64,000 nucleotides of DNA from Escherichia phage Lindwurm: sequence record NC_134264.1. One strand, 5' to 3'. Numbering within the stretch: the first letter of the stretch is position 1; each line of letters begins with the position of its first letter. This document shows, one piece after another, positions 29,564 through 39,874 of this stretch. The position numbers and the translations under genes are program-made. The notes below the pieces were generated by a model that was given only the letters and a program-made list of their open reading frames with translations, did no database searches and had not been told where the DNA came from.

Positions 29564-30337
29564 TTAGTCGTCCAGATCGCTTGCAGCTTCTGTGTCAATA
29601 CCTTTCTGGGAGCCTGCATTGCTATTACCAGATTTGGCATCATCATCTTTATTCTCACGACCCTCCATGAAGGCTTGAATTGCTTCTTTCTGCTCTTCAT
29701 AGGTAGGAACCGGATAGGTTTGTTCCAGAGAAGGAACTTTTTCGAACTTAATGATGTCGCCATCTTCATCACACATAGCTTCACCGATCAGATCTACATC
29801 TGCAGCATATTGCTTAGATTCCGCACTGTTAGGATCTTGCAGCTTAATCTGGAACTGCATAGCAGCAATCTGCTGTACATCATACTCAGTATCGAAACCT
29901 TTACCTTTTTTCTCGATAGAAATATCAATATCAAACGGAGTCGCCAGATTCAACTGCTTCATGATAGACTGGATGCCTTTCAGAATAGTAGCCTTGACTT
30001 CCATTACTTTCAGTTTGTTATCAGAACGGTCGATAACAAAAGCGATATAGTTTTTCTTCGGTTTCAGCGGAACACGATTACCATCTTTATCCAACTCTTT
30101 CTCGAAGAAGCCCATCTCATGAACTGGATCAGCTTTACCACGAACAAAGCTCTCTTTGTCACGGTTAAAACGGAGACATTCGAAAGGAGCTACGTTACCC
30201 TCTTTATTAGTCAGCCAATAGACATAACGTGGAAGAACGCCAGAAACGATACGAACACGAGTGATACCGTTGTTGAACTTCAGGAATTCGATTTTATCGT
30301 TAGAACCGCCAGTAGTTTCGCCCCAAGACTTAGCCAT
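29564..30337 (-). CDS. putative ssDNA-binding protein
   Basis: Acidic C-terminal tail (ASDLDD) and position among replication genes; weak inference. Confidence 0.4.
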   Translation of the reverse strand: MAKSWGETTGGSNDKIEFLKFNNGITRVRIVSGVLPRYVYWLTNKEGNVAPFECLRFNRDKESFVRGKADPVHEMGFFEKELDKDGNRVPLKPKKNYIAFVIDRSDNKLKVMEVKATILKGIQSIMKQLNLATPFDIDISIEKKGKGFDTEYDVQQIAAMQFQIKLQDPNSAESKQYAADVDLIGEAMCDEDGDIIKFEKVPSLEQTYPVPTYEEQKEAIQAFMEGRENKDDDAKSGNSNAGSQKGIDTEAASDLDD

Positions 30338-30614
30338 ATTTTATTTCCTCTTTAAAGATTAATTTCGATTTGTTAATTGCGATTAGTGGGTTAGTGTCGA
30401 TTACTAAACGTGGTATCCATACTGGAACATATTGTATGTCCAAACTAGGATCGTTTGTAAACTTGTATTCGGCATAATTTCGTAGACTTAAAATTCCTAG
30501 ATATTCTGCCAGTTGTCTATTAGACAATTTATTTGGATTATCAACTATTGTTGATTCATTCAAAATGAATGAGGAACCGACCAATAATTGGTGAGCATCA
30601 GGCTCTGTAAGCAT
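30330..30614 (-). CDS. hypothetical protein (94 aa)
   Basis: ORF downstream of tandem promoters; no recognisable motif. Confidence 0.4.
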   Translation of the reverse strand: MLTEPDAHQLLVGSSFILNESTIVDNPNKLSNRQLAEYLGILSLRNYAEYKFTNDPSLDIQYVPVWIPRLVIDTNPLIAINKSKLIFKEEIKYG

Positions 30615-30721
30615 TCTTTTGAATAGCTTAATAATTAGGTCGGAATTTCCTCTAGCTAGTAAGTATAGCTTTTCATAATCGAAGAATTTAATTTTTGTTT
30701 TCTCCTCGAATTTATGTATAT

Positions 30722-30751
30722 ATTATACTAGATTTCGAGAGAATTTAGCAA
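30722..30751 (-). promoter_or_regulatory. sigma70-like promoter (TTGCTA-18-TATAAT)
   Basis: Read on - strand; followed by conserved CATAAATT leader. Confidence 0.6.
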
Positions 30752-30822
30752 CTAAAATTTTTATTTTTCTGCTTCGGACTTTCTTATCAATCCGAAACTT
30801 TCTCTCTCAAATTTATGTATAT

Positions 30823-30851
30823 ATTATACATCATTTATGAGCTATTGCCAA
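30823..30851 (-). promoter_or_regulatory. sigma70-like promoter (TTGGCA-17-TATAAT) overlapping helicase stop
   Basis: Read on - strand; leader CATAAATTTGAGAGAG. Confidence 0.6.
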
Positions 30852-32187
30852 ATGCAATTTTAGCTAATTGAACTGCTTTCTCCGGAGTCATAGTAATAGT
30901 TTTCCACCCGTTATTACGATATACTGCCATACGTCCAGAAGCCTGTCTTAGTCCAGTGCCGCCTTTCATAATTAAATCTACAACAATAGGGTCGAGTTTA
31001 CCATCGACAATACGTTGAACACGTCCTGCAAGCTGTTCAATGAGAGATTCATTATTAATGAGACTTCCCATTATTAAACAAGATAGCTCATTAAGGGAAA
31101 TACCTTCAGAGAAGATACTTTGAGCGGCTGCAAGTACACAAGGTCCACCTTTTGCTATATCTTCCTGAATTTTTAATCGGTCATCTAAGTGGGTTGCCCC
31201 TATAATTTCATGTGTTGTAACACCACGCTGTGCAAGAGCTTCTAGTACTGTTTGGATTAGCTCTGTTCTGTCACTTACAATGAGTACTTTATGCCCCATA
31301 TTCACGTATAAATGTGCTAGATTTATAATAGTCTCTCGATATTCAGGATGGTTGTACACATCATTAGCACGTAATGCCCACGGTACGTTTTGGTTTCCTG
31401 ATAACTCAACAGGCACGGAGTACCTATGGATTGTAGGTGCAACAGTATTATTAACCGGTGGGCTAAAGATCTTATATCCAAAGAAATCTTTGAACATAAC
31501 TTGTAGACCATCTTTTCGTTTTAATGTACCGGATAGTCCAATCTTATAGCGAGCACATGATATTTCTAGGAAGTTAGTGAAAGTTGTAGCCACACAATGG
31601 TGAACCTCATCAACTATAACAGTACCGAATACTTTAGAAAGATTATTCGCATGTTTATTCACTGTTTGAATATTACTGACCACAATTGGTGGATCAATAT
31701 TGTATTTCCCAGAACCTATGATGCCTGGTTCAAACCCAAACCATTTACGAACTTCTGCCGCCCACATCTCACGAATGGATGTATTCGTACATATTACCAG
31801 AGTTTTCTGTCCAAATTTATACGCAAGTGCAAGGGCTAAGATAGTTTTACCAAACCCAGGCTTACCATTAATAATACAGGTATCATCACACTCTTCATAT
31901 ATTGGGAGCTGGTCTTCTTCACGCAGTTTGAACTTAGGTTTTGGTATATCTACTGGAGCTAATGTGCGTTTATCGACTAATTCGTATTTTACTCCTTTAG
32001 CATCTAGTAAATCCAGACGCGTAATAGGAATCCACTTAATCTCTTTGGCAACAACACCACTATTCTTATACATAATAGGGTATTTACTAGTCATTGTCTC
32101 TATGTGATAAGTGGTTTGCTTACTACAATAATCCCAAAGTTCATCATCGGGCTTGAAATAGGCTTTATTAGATATAACAACCTTCAT
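30835..32187 (-). CDS. SF2 DNA helicase (450 aa)
   Basis: Walker A GKPGFGKT, DEVH box (VIVDEVHH); length matches T5 D10 helicase as recalled. Confidence 0.8.
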   Translation of the reverse strand: MKVVISNKAYFKPDDELWDYCSKQTTYHIETMTSKYPIMYKNSGVVAKEIKWIPITRLDLLDAKGVKYELVDKRTLAPVDIPKPKFKLREEDQLPIYEECDDTCIINGKPGFGKTILALALAYKFGQKTLVICTNTSIREMWAAEVRKWFGFEPGIIGSGKYNIDPPIVVSNIQTVNKHANNLSKVFGTVIVDEVHHCVATTFTNFLEISCARYKIGLSGTLKRKDGLQVMFKDFFGYKIFSPPVNNTVAPTIHRYSVPVELSGNQNVPWALRANDVYNHPEYRETIINLAHLYVNMGHKVLIVSDRTELIQTVLEALAQRGVTTHEIIGATHLDDRLKIQEDIAKGGPCVLAAAQSIFSEGISLNELSCLIMGSLINNESLIEQLAGRVQRIVDGKLDPIVVDLIMKGGTGLRQASGRMAVYRNNGWKTITMTPEKAVQLAKIAFGNSS

Positions 32188-32681
32188 AATTTTATTCTAA
32201 GTCTAGGAATTTCAGGCTCCTCTTGATGGACTTGGTAAATAACAGGGCTATTATTTACCAGAATATAGCTTATATAAGCTGGAACATAGGATAATACAAA
32301 TGGATATGGAACTTTAGCTACATAGCATTGGTATTTTCCGTTATAAATTCTAGCTGAATGCAAAACTTTAGAGGTGACAACATCATAGAACGTAGTTTTC
32401 TTCCAGTTAATAAGATTTCCATCAGAATCTATAAATTGGCTACGTTTTGACCCAACTAGTTGAGACAACATTGATATTCTACCTCTAATAGGATAGAGCT
32501 TGTATGGTAATTCTTTCCGTTTCTCAAATAGAATAAGTCTACGTTGAGAAAATGTGCCAGGCAACTTCCTGTTATCTAGCACATATTTATTATATCTTGT
32601 TGTAATTACGGAATAATCACCTTCTTGCTCAATTGATACAAACGCCCGTAAAGCATATATGGGCAATTTGAAATCAAGCAC
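32184..32681 (-). CDS. hypothetical protein (165 aa) between polymerase and helicase
   Basis: Start overlaps polymerase stop, stop overlaps helicase start; no motif recognised. Confidence 0.5.
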   Translation of the reverse strand: MLDFKLPIYALRAFVSIEQEGDYSVITTRYNKYVLDNRKLPGTFSQRRLILFEKRKELPYKLYPIRGRISMLSQLVGSKRSQFIDSDGNLINWKKTTFYDVVTSKVLHSARIYNGKYQCYVAKVPYPFVLSYVPAYISYILVNNSPVIYQVHQEEPEIPRLRIKL

Positions 32682-35241
32682 CGAGAATCCTTCTCACGTT
32701 ATCCAAATCTTTACATACAGCAATAAACTTATCATCCTTGTATTTGCTATGATCTGGATGCTCTTTATCCATTGCAGCTAGTTTCTTATACTCGAACTCT
32801 GCATCAAGTAATACACCCTTGACATAACGAGTATATTCATCATCATCAATACAAGCGATTGATGGGTGCTGTTTCTTCATCTTACCACAAGAATAGTCAC
32901 GAGAACCTCCAGCTTCAGAATCTGAATCAATACCAATCGGGCAACCAGGAATACTGATACCACGGTCTTTCTGAATATTACGAATCAGGATTTCATTGTA
33001 TTGGTCGATCAAATCCTCACGAACAATAGCAACTACGGAGTCGTGAACCAGCATAACAATCTTCATCTCTTGTTCTAGGCCAAGAGAAATGATCTCATTA
33101 TCTGCATCTACAGCACCTAAAAGGAGACTATCAGAAGAAGCAGACTGAATGATTGCGTTAAATCCAGAGCGGATTTCTTCACCCTGAACACCACGGTCTT
33201 CGGAATGGATATTATGCAGACGACGTTTACGCCCAAAGTGGCTATAGATAAATCCATGATTCTTGATCTGGTCGTGACACTTATCAATCCAACGCTTAAG
33301 CTGCGGGAACTGACCGAAGTAAGTTTCAATGTACTCTTTAGCATCTGCAACAGTACACTCTACAAACGGTTCACCTGTCTTAGCAGCTTGTTCCAGAAGA
33401 GCTTCGTTAACAGAATGAGCTACTTTAGCTGGGCCAGAACCATACAAAATACCGAAGGTAATTGCCTTAGCAGCCTGGCGCAGGGCTGGGAATAATTTTT
33501 TAACATCACGAGGTTCGCATTGTAGCTTAAATACCATATGTGCGATGTTAGAGTGGAAGTCAGGGTATTTATCAGGTTCATTTCTCATGTTGATAAATAC
33601 CTGTTGCATATTTCTATCACCAGATAGAACAGCAGCATAATAAACTTCCGCAGTTGTTAAGTCCCATGCGATTACACGATACCCGGGAGGGGCTACTACA
33701 CAACCCTTGATAATAGATTCATCACGAGGTAACTGTTGCAGGTTCAGTTTACCAGAAGAACTCAGACGACCAGAAGTAGTCATATGTTCATGGAAGCCAG
33801 TACGAATGCAACCATCAGCATCAATGCTCAGAAGAATCTTCTCAACGTAAGTAGAGATCAGCTTAGTCAGCTTACGAATCTCTAGTAGGGTCTTAGCAAT
33901 TGGATGCTGCGTAGACAATTCGTTCAGAGCTTCTGCATCTGTAGAGTCTGCTCCAGTATCCGTCAATTTACCTGTTGGAGTTAAGCCAACATAATCAAAC
34001 AGAAGAACACGGAGTTGTTTAACAGAGTTTGGGTTAAACGCTTCGTTCTGATCTTTCTCTAGCTGAACGACTTCTGGGTAAGTATACAGCTTCTCACGGG
34101 CTTTATTCAGATTATGAGTTAACTGATACTGAGCTTCTTTCAAGCGATCAATAGAAATTGGTACACCACGATCCTCAACACGCTGGAGAAATACACAACC
34201 AGGCATTAGAACATCATAATACAGACTGCAAAGTTTTTCATTCTTCTCAATTTTTGGTAAGAAGAAGTTGTGCAAACGTATGGTTGCATCGGTATCTTTC
34301 GCAGCGTAAGGCCACATAATATCAAACGGAATTAAATCATAGGTGAAATCTTCTTTCTTGATTTTATGTGCTTTGCAGTAATCCTCTTTGAACTTATCTA
34401 GTTCGAAGTCATAGTCACCCATATCGGTATACTTCATTGCTAGAGATTTCAAGCCATGAGTACCACGACGTTCATCTAGAACATAATGCTGCAACATAGT
34501 ATCATGGAGCCTGCGTTCTTTATGTGCTTTATCAAAAGTAAGTCCCAGATGGTACTTATAAAAGTGCATATCAAACTTCAAGTTGTGAAAAACAATAGTG
34601 TGGTTTTCACTATCCAGAATTTTCTGGAGATAATATACTGCAACCTCTGTGAGACAATCAGAATCGATATATACACCCTGATACTCTTGGTGAGACATAG
34701 AAACACCAAGCAGATAACCATCTCGACAGTATAGTGCTGAGGTTTCGGAGTCGAATGCGACAGGTCCGATAACCATATTATACACCATCTTGATATATTC
34801 TTCTGCCTCCTCAGGGTCAGTAATAGGACGATAATCACCAGCTTTTGCAACCTTCTCACGACCATTGATAATATCGTGGATATTTTCTACTGTTGCATCG
34901 AAAACTGGTTTCATTTCAGGTTTAAAGTGTAACTGGGCTGGGCTGATACTCGCAATCCAGTTAGCATATCCATTATACTCTACACGTTTACCAGTATAGT
35001 CACCAATGCCTTTCTTACCTGCGAAATACAGGAAAGGTTCAGCACCTACTAGTATAACAAAATCATAATCATTCGGATCAAATGGGTTTTCTGGTGTTCC
35101 AATAGTAATGTGCTTTTTAAGCAAACGACCAGATAACTTCTCGTTACACATATGGAATACATCAACTTCCTCGCCGTATAGCTGGAAATGTTTATCGTAA
35201 CGAGTGTTGTTTAGGGCTTTATCAACTACTGCGATTTTCAA
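32674..35241 (-). CDS. DNA polymerase, family A, with 3'-5' exonuclease domain (855 aa)
   Basis: Exo I FDSETSAL; Pol A motif B RQAAKAITFGILYGSG; motif C LVHDSVV; length equals T5 polymerase as recalled. Confidence 0.95.
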   Translation of the reverse strand: MKIAVVDKALNNTRYDKHFQLYGEEVDVFHMCNEKLSGRLLKKHITIGTPENPFDPNDYDFVILVGAEPFLYFAGKKGIGDYTGKRVEYNGYANWIASISPAQLHFKPEMKPVFDATVENIHDIINGREKVAKAGDYRPITDPEEAEEYIKMVYNMVIGPVAFDSETSALYCRDGYLLGVSMSHQEYQGVYIDSDCLTEVAVYYLQKILDSENHTIVFHNLKFDMHFYKYHLGLTFDKAHKERRLHDTMLQHYVLDERRGTHGLKSLAMKYTDMGDYDFELDKFKEDYCKAHKIKKEDFTYDLIPFDIMWPYAAKDTDATIRLHNFFLPKIEKNEKLCSLYYDVLMPGCVFLQRVEDRGVPISIDRLKEAQYQLTHNLNKAREKLYTYPEVVQLEKDQNEAFNPNSVKQLRVLLFDYVGLTPTGKLTDTGADSTDAEALNELSTQHPIAKTLLEIRKLTKLISTYVEKILLSIDADGCIRTGFHEHMTTSGRLSSSGKLNLQQLPRDESIIKGCVVAPPGYRVIAWDLTTAEVYYAAVLSGDRNMQQVFINMRNEPDKYPDFHSNIAHMVFKLQCEPRDVKKLFPALRQAAKAITFGILYGSGPAKVAHSVNEALLEQAAKTGEPFVECTVADAKEYIETYFGQFPQLKRWIDKCHDQIKNHGFIYSHFGRKRRLHNIHSEDRGVQGEEIRSGFNAIIQSASSDSLLLGAVDADNEIISLGLEQEMKIVMLVHDSVVAIVREDLIDQYNEILIRNIQKDRGISIPGCPIGIDSDSEAGGSRDYSCGKMKKQHPSIACIDDDEYTRYVKGVLLDAEFEYKKLAAMDKEHPDHSKYKDDKFIAVCKDLDNVRRILGA

Positions 35242-35302
35242 ATTTAATCTCCTCTTGGTAAGTAAGTATAACTTCAGTGTTTCTTCTCTAACTTACCAAT
35301 AT

Positions 35303-35331
35303 ATTATATCAAAATATTGGGATAATAGCAA
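35303..35331 (-). promoter_or_regulatory. sigma70-like promoter upstream of DNA polymerase (TTGCTA-17-TATAAT)
   Basis: Read on - strand. Confidence 0.65.
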
Positions 35332-35334
35332 ATA

Positions 35335-35664
35335 CTATTTATAGGTGTGAAGTAATTTACGCATTTCATTGCGATGCTTTTCTAGTACCCGAAATTCTTC
35401 ATCTATACGCAGAAAAGCATCTAGCGCTTTCATAGATTGCTCAGTATTTTCTACAACAGCCCAATCATATGTTAGGTATACCTCTTGACCTGTATCTTTT
35501 ACTTTAAAGTAAATATAAGATGCAGGTAATTTAGGATCACCAAATAAATGGAAATTCTTTCGTTTATTAAGGGACTCCAGTGTTGTAAACCGCTCTAGTT
35601 TAACCTCTTTGTGTGTTACACTATCATACACTGGAACATCCGCATAAATATATACATATTCCAT
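35335..35664 (-). CDS. hypothetical protein (109 aa)
   Basis: TATAAT and GAGGAG upstream; no motif. Confidence 0.5.
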   Translation of the reverse strand: MEYVYIYADVPVYDSVTHKEVKLERFTTLESLNKRKNFHLFGDPKLPASYIYFKVKDTGQEVYLTYDWAVVENTEQSMKALDAFLRIDEEFRVLEKHRNEMRKLLHTYK

Positions 35665-35690
35665 AGTAGCTCCTCAGTTATTTAGGACTA

Positions 35691-36581
35691 TTATACCAAA
35701 TCTTTAAGCGATTCAGCAACTAAAATTTCAATACGTTTTGCTAACATATCAATTTCATCTTTGTTTAAATCACCCGGATCTTTGCCTTCGGGCAGAAGAA
35801 AGTTAGCAACTACAGGTGTTAAACGCGTTTTTGTACGAATTAACTTGGCCAATGCTTGTGCAGCTTTATTACCAGAAGCATCATTATCTAGTAAGATAAC
35901 AACAACTTTTACACCAGCAATAATATAAGGACTGAACTTATCTGCAATGTTATCCGAAGTAAACTGATGTGTACCAAAGCAGCAAGAAGCATAGTCTATA
36001 CCATTATCCTCTAGGTTCAGCATATCAAAGATACCTTCAACTAGAATAAGAACTGGAGTATTATATCGTACAGGGAAAATCGGTGGTGAAACTTGTTTTG
36101 GTTTTACTAAGTATTTAGGAGGGGCAGAACTGTTTATAGAACGACCCAAAAATAGGATATTGCGTCCAACAGCATCTGTGATTGGAAATACAATTCTGCC
36201 TTCCCAGTCTGCTTGGTGTTGGAAAGCAAAATATTTCTTCAAGGTCTTAGAACTTATACCTCGGAAATCACCTTCGAAAAGGTAAGCAGATTCAGGAATT
36301 GCAAGATTCGTTGATCCATTCCTAATCTCTGAAATCTTTTTGCGTACTTGCGATAGCCTTGGGGACTGTAGGTACTGAGTCTCATTAAAATAATGGTAAA
36401 TGCTCGGTATACCTTTACCGAAGCCACAACTCAAGCAGTGCATAATACCTGTTTCAGGATCAATACGCAAACTTGGGTGTTTATCGTCATGATCTGGATT
36501 GAGACAACAGATGAGGATGTCCCCACCTGTGTCTTTATATTCAATGCCTTTCAGATCAAGTAGTTCTGTTATTCTACTCAT
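35691..36581 (-). CDS. DNA primase (DnaG-like, zinc finger + TOPRIM)
   Basis: CLNPDHDDKHPS...HCLSCG zinc-binding motif; TOPRIM-like EGIFD and LLDNDASG. Confidence 0.8.
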   Translation of the reverse strand: MSRITELLDLKGIEYKDTGGDILICCLNPDHDDKHPSLRIDPETGIMHCLSCGFGKGIPSIYHYFNETQYLQSPRLSQVRKKISEIRNGSTNLAIPESAYLFEGDFRGISSKTLKKYFAFQHQADWEGRIVFPITDAVGRNILFLGRSINSSAPPKYLVKPKQVSPPIFPVRYNTPVLILVEGIFDMLNLEDNGIDYASCCFGTHQFTSDNIADKFSPYIIAGVKVVVILLDNDASGNKAAQALAKLIRTKTRLTPVVANFLLPEGKDPGDLNKDEIDMLAKRIEILVAESLKDLV

Positions 36582-38050
36582 ATATCGCTGGCCTGTTCAC
36601 CTGTTGAATTTTCAGCTTTGTCTTTCTTAGCACGTTTAGGTTGAGCCGGCTTATCCTTCTCAATAGGGATAACGAACTCAGCTTCCATTTGAGATATATC
36701 TTCCATTGCTAGGTTGGTAGTGTTATCCATTCGCAGAGTTTCCCAGTTCATTTTAGGCATAAACTTCACGCTATCAGAAGAACGAGTCTTAACGAAGTCA
36801 AACATAATAGCACCTTGACCATTATCAGCTTTTGCAGCGTTAAGATTAGCAGCCATGTCTGCGGAATCAAGAATCCCCTTTGACATACGTGTTCTACCAT
36901 CTTGATCGATCTGGTAAGGAGCTACACCAGCCACGTTATGTTTCTGGCAGATAGATTTGAAAGACGAGCTAACAACCATCTGTTCTTTCCAGTCATACAT
37001 ATCAATGGTTTTAGAGTCTGGAAGTCTGGTTTGGTTAATATAGTCCAGTAAAGCTACTGTAACTTTATCTCCATATCTAGCAACTAATTTATTTAATTCT
37101 ACGTCAACTGTTGTAATAGACAGCTCAGGGTCATAAACAATAATCATAGGAGTATGTAGCTCATACCCTTCTATTAGCTTACTTTCCATATCGTAGAAAT
37201 CACTCATCTTAGCCATTGTGTACTGTTTAACGAAGTTATCGAAAAGCTCTTCACCACCATTAAACATTCTAGCTCTAGTTCTGGCTAATCTCAACAGAGC
37301 TGCACCTTCTAGAGTATTATTACGCATTGCTAGTGCTGATACACCAGCTAACATGGCTAGATTACGCCTAAATACTTCATGTTCTTTCATCTCAATTGAG
37401 AAGTATGGAGCAATATCTCCATTCAAATATTGCTGAACCTGTATGTTTGAACAGATAATGGATTTACCAGTACCACGCCAACCACCAAGCAGTAACGTTT
37501 CTGTGCGAGCTAAACCAATTTGAGCGTCGAACTCATTACAAATACCAAGAGCGATTAAGTTCAGTTTGGTATCTTCTTCTCTCTGGAAAATACGCATGTT
37601 ATCTGCGTTGAATACTTTTCCAGTATTCGTTACTTTCTCTTCTAATTTTAAGTGAAGGGAGGCAACTCGGTTGAGAATTTCTCCCTGATCCAGCATTGTT
37701 AAATCTTGAAGCACGTCTGTTTCTAGAAGCTTCAGGAACAAATCCTGCGTATATTCGGCCTCTAGGACTTCAAGTGCCTGTTCCATGCTCACTTCTGGAA
37801 TTTGAGTGTTAGCTAAGACGACTAGAGCTTGAGAAAGGCGGGCGTTCCTATTAGCTTCAAGCATAAGTGCGTCAATGGACGGCATTGTGTTATATTTTTT
37901 ATAATAATTCTGGACGGCTTGGTAAATTGAGGAGAAAGCGTCATTAAAATGATCTTTATGCAGTTTTGAGAATGTTTCCAATGCTATTTGCTTCTGTTCG
38001 GAAGCTAGAAGCATCTTCAACACTACAGCTTGCACGTTAAACAAGGTCAT
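36578..38050 (-). CDS. DnaB-like replicative helicase
   Basis: Walker A GGWRGTGKS, RecA-like C-terminal domain; start moved to ATG 38050 preceded by AAGGAGA. Confidence 0.8.
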   Translation of the reverse strand: MTLFNVQAVVLKMLLASEQKQIALETFSKLHKDHFNDAFSSIYQAVQNYYKKYNTMPSIDALMLEANRNARLSQALVVLANTQIPEVSMEQALEVLEAEYTQDLFLKLLETDVLQDLTMLDQGEILNRVASLHLKLEEKVTNTGKVFNADNMRIFQREEDTKLNLIALGICNEFDAQIGLARTETLLLGGWRGTGKSIICSNIQVQQYLNGDIAPYFSIEMKEHEVFRRNLAMLAGVSALAMRNNTLEGAALLRLARTRARMFNGGEELFDNFVKQYTMAKMSDFYDMESKLIEGYELHTPMIIVYDPELSITTVDVELNKLVARYGDKVTVALLDYINQTRLPDSKTIDMYDWKEQMVVSSSFKSICQKHNVAGVAPYQIDQDGRTRMSKGILDSADMAANLNAAKADNGQGAIMFDFVKTRSSDSVKFMPKMNWETLRMDNTTNLAMEDISQMEAEFVIPIEKDKPAQPKRAKKDKAENSTGEQASDI

Positions 38051-38132
38051 TCTCCTTTGCACGCTTTCGTGCCTTCTAAATGCAAAAAGGGGAAGGAGCA
38101 TAGCCCCCTCCCCTTAGGTTTAATTTACCAGA

Positions 38133-38900
38133 TTATTCAGCAGCCGCAGCTTTTGCATCCAGTTTAGCACGCTTAGCGGCACCATCATAGTCCTTAGCAA
38201 CCAGACCACGACGAGACAGCATAGATTTAACACCCCGCTCAGACTTACCAGTTTTCTCAGCAATCTCAGCAACAGTCATGTTAACCAGATCCAGACCTTC
38301 TAACAGATCTTCACGAGTTTTAGCACTTGAAGTTTCCTGTACCGGCATAGCAGCAATACGACCTTCACGAAGCAGACTCAGAGCTTTACCACGGATCTGC
38401 TTAATATTGCGACCGAAGTGAGCAGCGATAGCTTCAATAGTAGCACCAGCAACAACCTGATTAACAAAATCAGTTTCTTCATCCGGAGTGAAGGAACGAA
38501 CAGCAGCAGCTTTTTCAGTTGGCTTAACAGAAGCAGTCATTTCCAGACTCAGAATCTTACCTTGTACCTGCTTAGCACCGAACTGACCACCAGCTACAGC
38601 AGCAGCGATTTCAGCATAGGTATACTGACCAGCATGAGCGTTCAGGAAATCAACCAGTTCAGCTTCCTGCTCAGGAGTCCACGGAGATTTCTGCACTTCG
38701 TTAGCTTTTTGTACTTCAAAACCTTCTTTACGCAGTTTAGAGCCAACAGAGCGAGCAGTAACATCTTTGCCGGTTTCCGCAGCCAGTTCAGCAGCGATAG
38801 CAGCTACTTGTTCTTGAGAGATTACAGCAACACCCAGAGCAGTGGCTTTTGCTTTCAGAGACTCGGTTACACCTTCTACGTTCCAGTTCAGTTTAGACAT
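38133..38900 (-). CDS. DNA-binding protein built from four ~30-aa helix-rich repeats (T5 D5-like, putative)
   Basis: Internal repeats (e.g. TYAEIAAAVAGGQFGAKQVQGKILSL / ATIEAIAAHFGRNIKQIRGKALSL / MTVAEIAEKTGKSERGVKSML). Confidence 0.55.
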   Translation of the reverse strand: MSKLNWNVEGVTESLKAKATALGVAVISQEQVAAIAAELAAETGKDVTARSVGSKLRKEGFEVQKANEVQKSPWTPEQEAELVDFLNAHAGQYTYAEIAAAVAGGQFGAKQVQGKILSLEMTASVKPTEKAAAVRSFTPDEETDFVNQVVAGATIEAIAAHFGRNIKQIRGKALSLLREGRIAAMPVQETSSAKTREDLLEGLDLVNMTVAEIAEKTGKSERGVKSMLSRRGLVAKDYDGAAKRAKLDAKAAAAE

Positions 38901-39675
38901 TATTATTTTTCTCCAATAGTTCTTTAATCGACAGGATTTCTATCCCATTCGTTTCGGCTTTCTTATAAGATGAGGAAGAACGCTTCGATTCATCCTCACA
39001 GATTAGGTATTTGACGTCTTTAGTAACGGATTTCTTAACCGTATATCCTAGACCTTCTAAATAGTTTGTTGCATCCGTTCGATTTGCAAAATCTTGCAAA
39101 GATCCGGTAATACATACCGCGATTCCATTTGGCTGGGCAATTAATTCATCTGTAATGATGACGTCAGCTTTAGTGCCCTTAATACCGGTTGAAAATTTCC
39201 ACGGTAGTTCGATAACATCCTTGCCTTGTGGGGAATTTAGCCAGGCTTTATAATTTTCTCCAGCCTTGCCGTCAGCCTTCACATCGTGGAAGCTAGTGCA
39301 ATTTTGGGATAATTTCTTTGCTGCAACCTCTCCAATTAGAGAGATTCCTAAAGAACCGAGAACTGAACCAAAGTCAATGTCTCCGCGAACTTTAGTATTT
39401 AATTCGCTAATTAGCTTAGCGGCAACCTTGCTACCCACGGCTCTAACCAAATCTTCTTCGGTTAGGTAAAATAGTTCTGAAATCTTCGTCAGCTCCAGCT
39501 TCTCAATAGTTTTTGGGCCAAAGCCCTTTAACTTCATTTTTGTACAGAAGTTCTCAATTAACTTACTTGATTGCGCTGGACAGTTGGACTTATTCCGACA
39601 GAATAATTGTCCGTTGACAAGATCTAGCTTAGAACCACAAGAGGGACATTGTGTTGGAATTTCGATTTTCATCAA
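38893..39675 (-). CDS. NAD-dependent DNA ligase, C-terminal subunit (Zn finger, HhH, BRCT-like)
   Basis: CPSCGSKLDLVNGQLFCRNKSNCPAQ zinc ribbon at N-terminus; HhH-like GFGPKTIEKL; own promoter upstream. Confidence 0.8.
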   Translation of the reverse strand: MMKIEIPTQCPSCGSKLDLVNGQLFCRNKSNCPAQSSKLIENFCTKMKLKGFGPKTIEKLELTKISELFYLTEEDLVRAVGSKVAAKLISELNTKVRGDIDFGSVLGSLGISLIGEVAAKKLSQNCTSFHDVKADGKAGENYKAWLNSPQGKDVIELPWKFSTGIKGTKADVIITDELIAQPNGIAVCITGSLQDFANRTDATNYLEGLGYTVKKSVTKDVKYLICEDESKRSSSSYKKAETNGIEILSIKELLEKNNNV

Positions 39676-39702
39676 ATTTCTTCCTTATCAATTTATATAA
39701 AT

Positions 39703-39731
39703 ATTATAGCAAGTATTTAAGCATTTAGCAA
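39703..39731 (-). promoter_or_regulatory. sigma70-like promoter inside the split ligase locus (TTGCTA-17-TATAAT)
   Basis: Read on - strand; followed by AAGGAAG RBS and ATG of the C-terminal ligase subunit. Confidence 0.7.
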
Positions 39732-39874
39732 CTACAATTTTAACTAACTTTGCTTACCCTCGCCATAACTTTCTATCCCTCAACTGAATGATAATAGTAT
39801 ATACCTAAGCGGCGAAAATGTCAATAACCACTTTATAATTCCGATATGGTAGATGGGTAGCAAAGGGTTATGTA

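Noticed and set aside
29675-30355. 226-aa + strand ORF opposite the ssb-like gene, and similar antisense ORFs at 31700..32107, 38418..38927, 41684..42057
   Set aside because: All lie wholly inside stronger - strand CDSs in operon context, with no promoter or RBS on the + strand.
30773-30796. Hairpin TTCGGA...TCCGAA between the two tandem promoters, considered as a terminator
   Set aside because: No U-tract follows it on the transcribed (-) strand; more likely a leader hairpin or coincidence.
32674-35241. Group I introns or inteins in polymerase, nrdA, nrdD or thyA
   Set aside because: All four ORFs are uninterrupted with lengths and motif spacing expected for intact enzymes; no intervening stop-rich segments.
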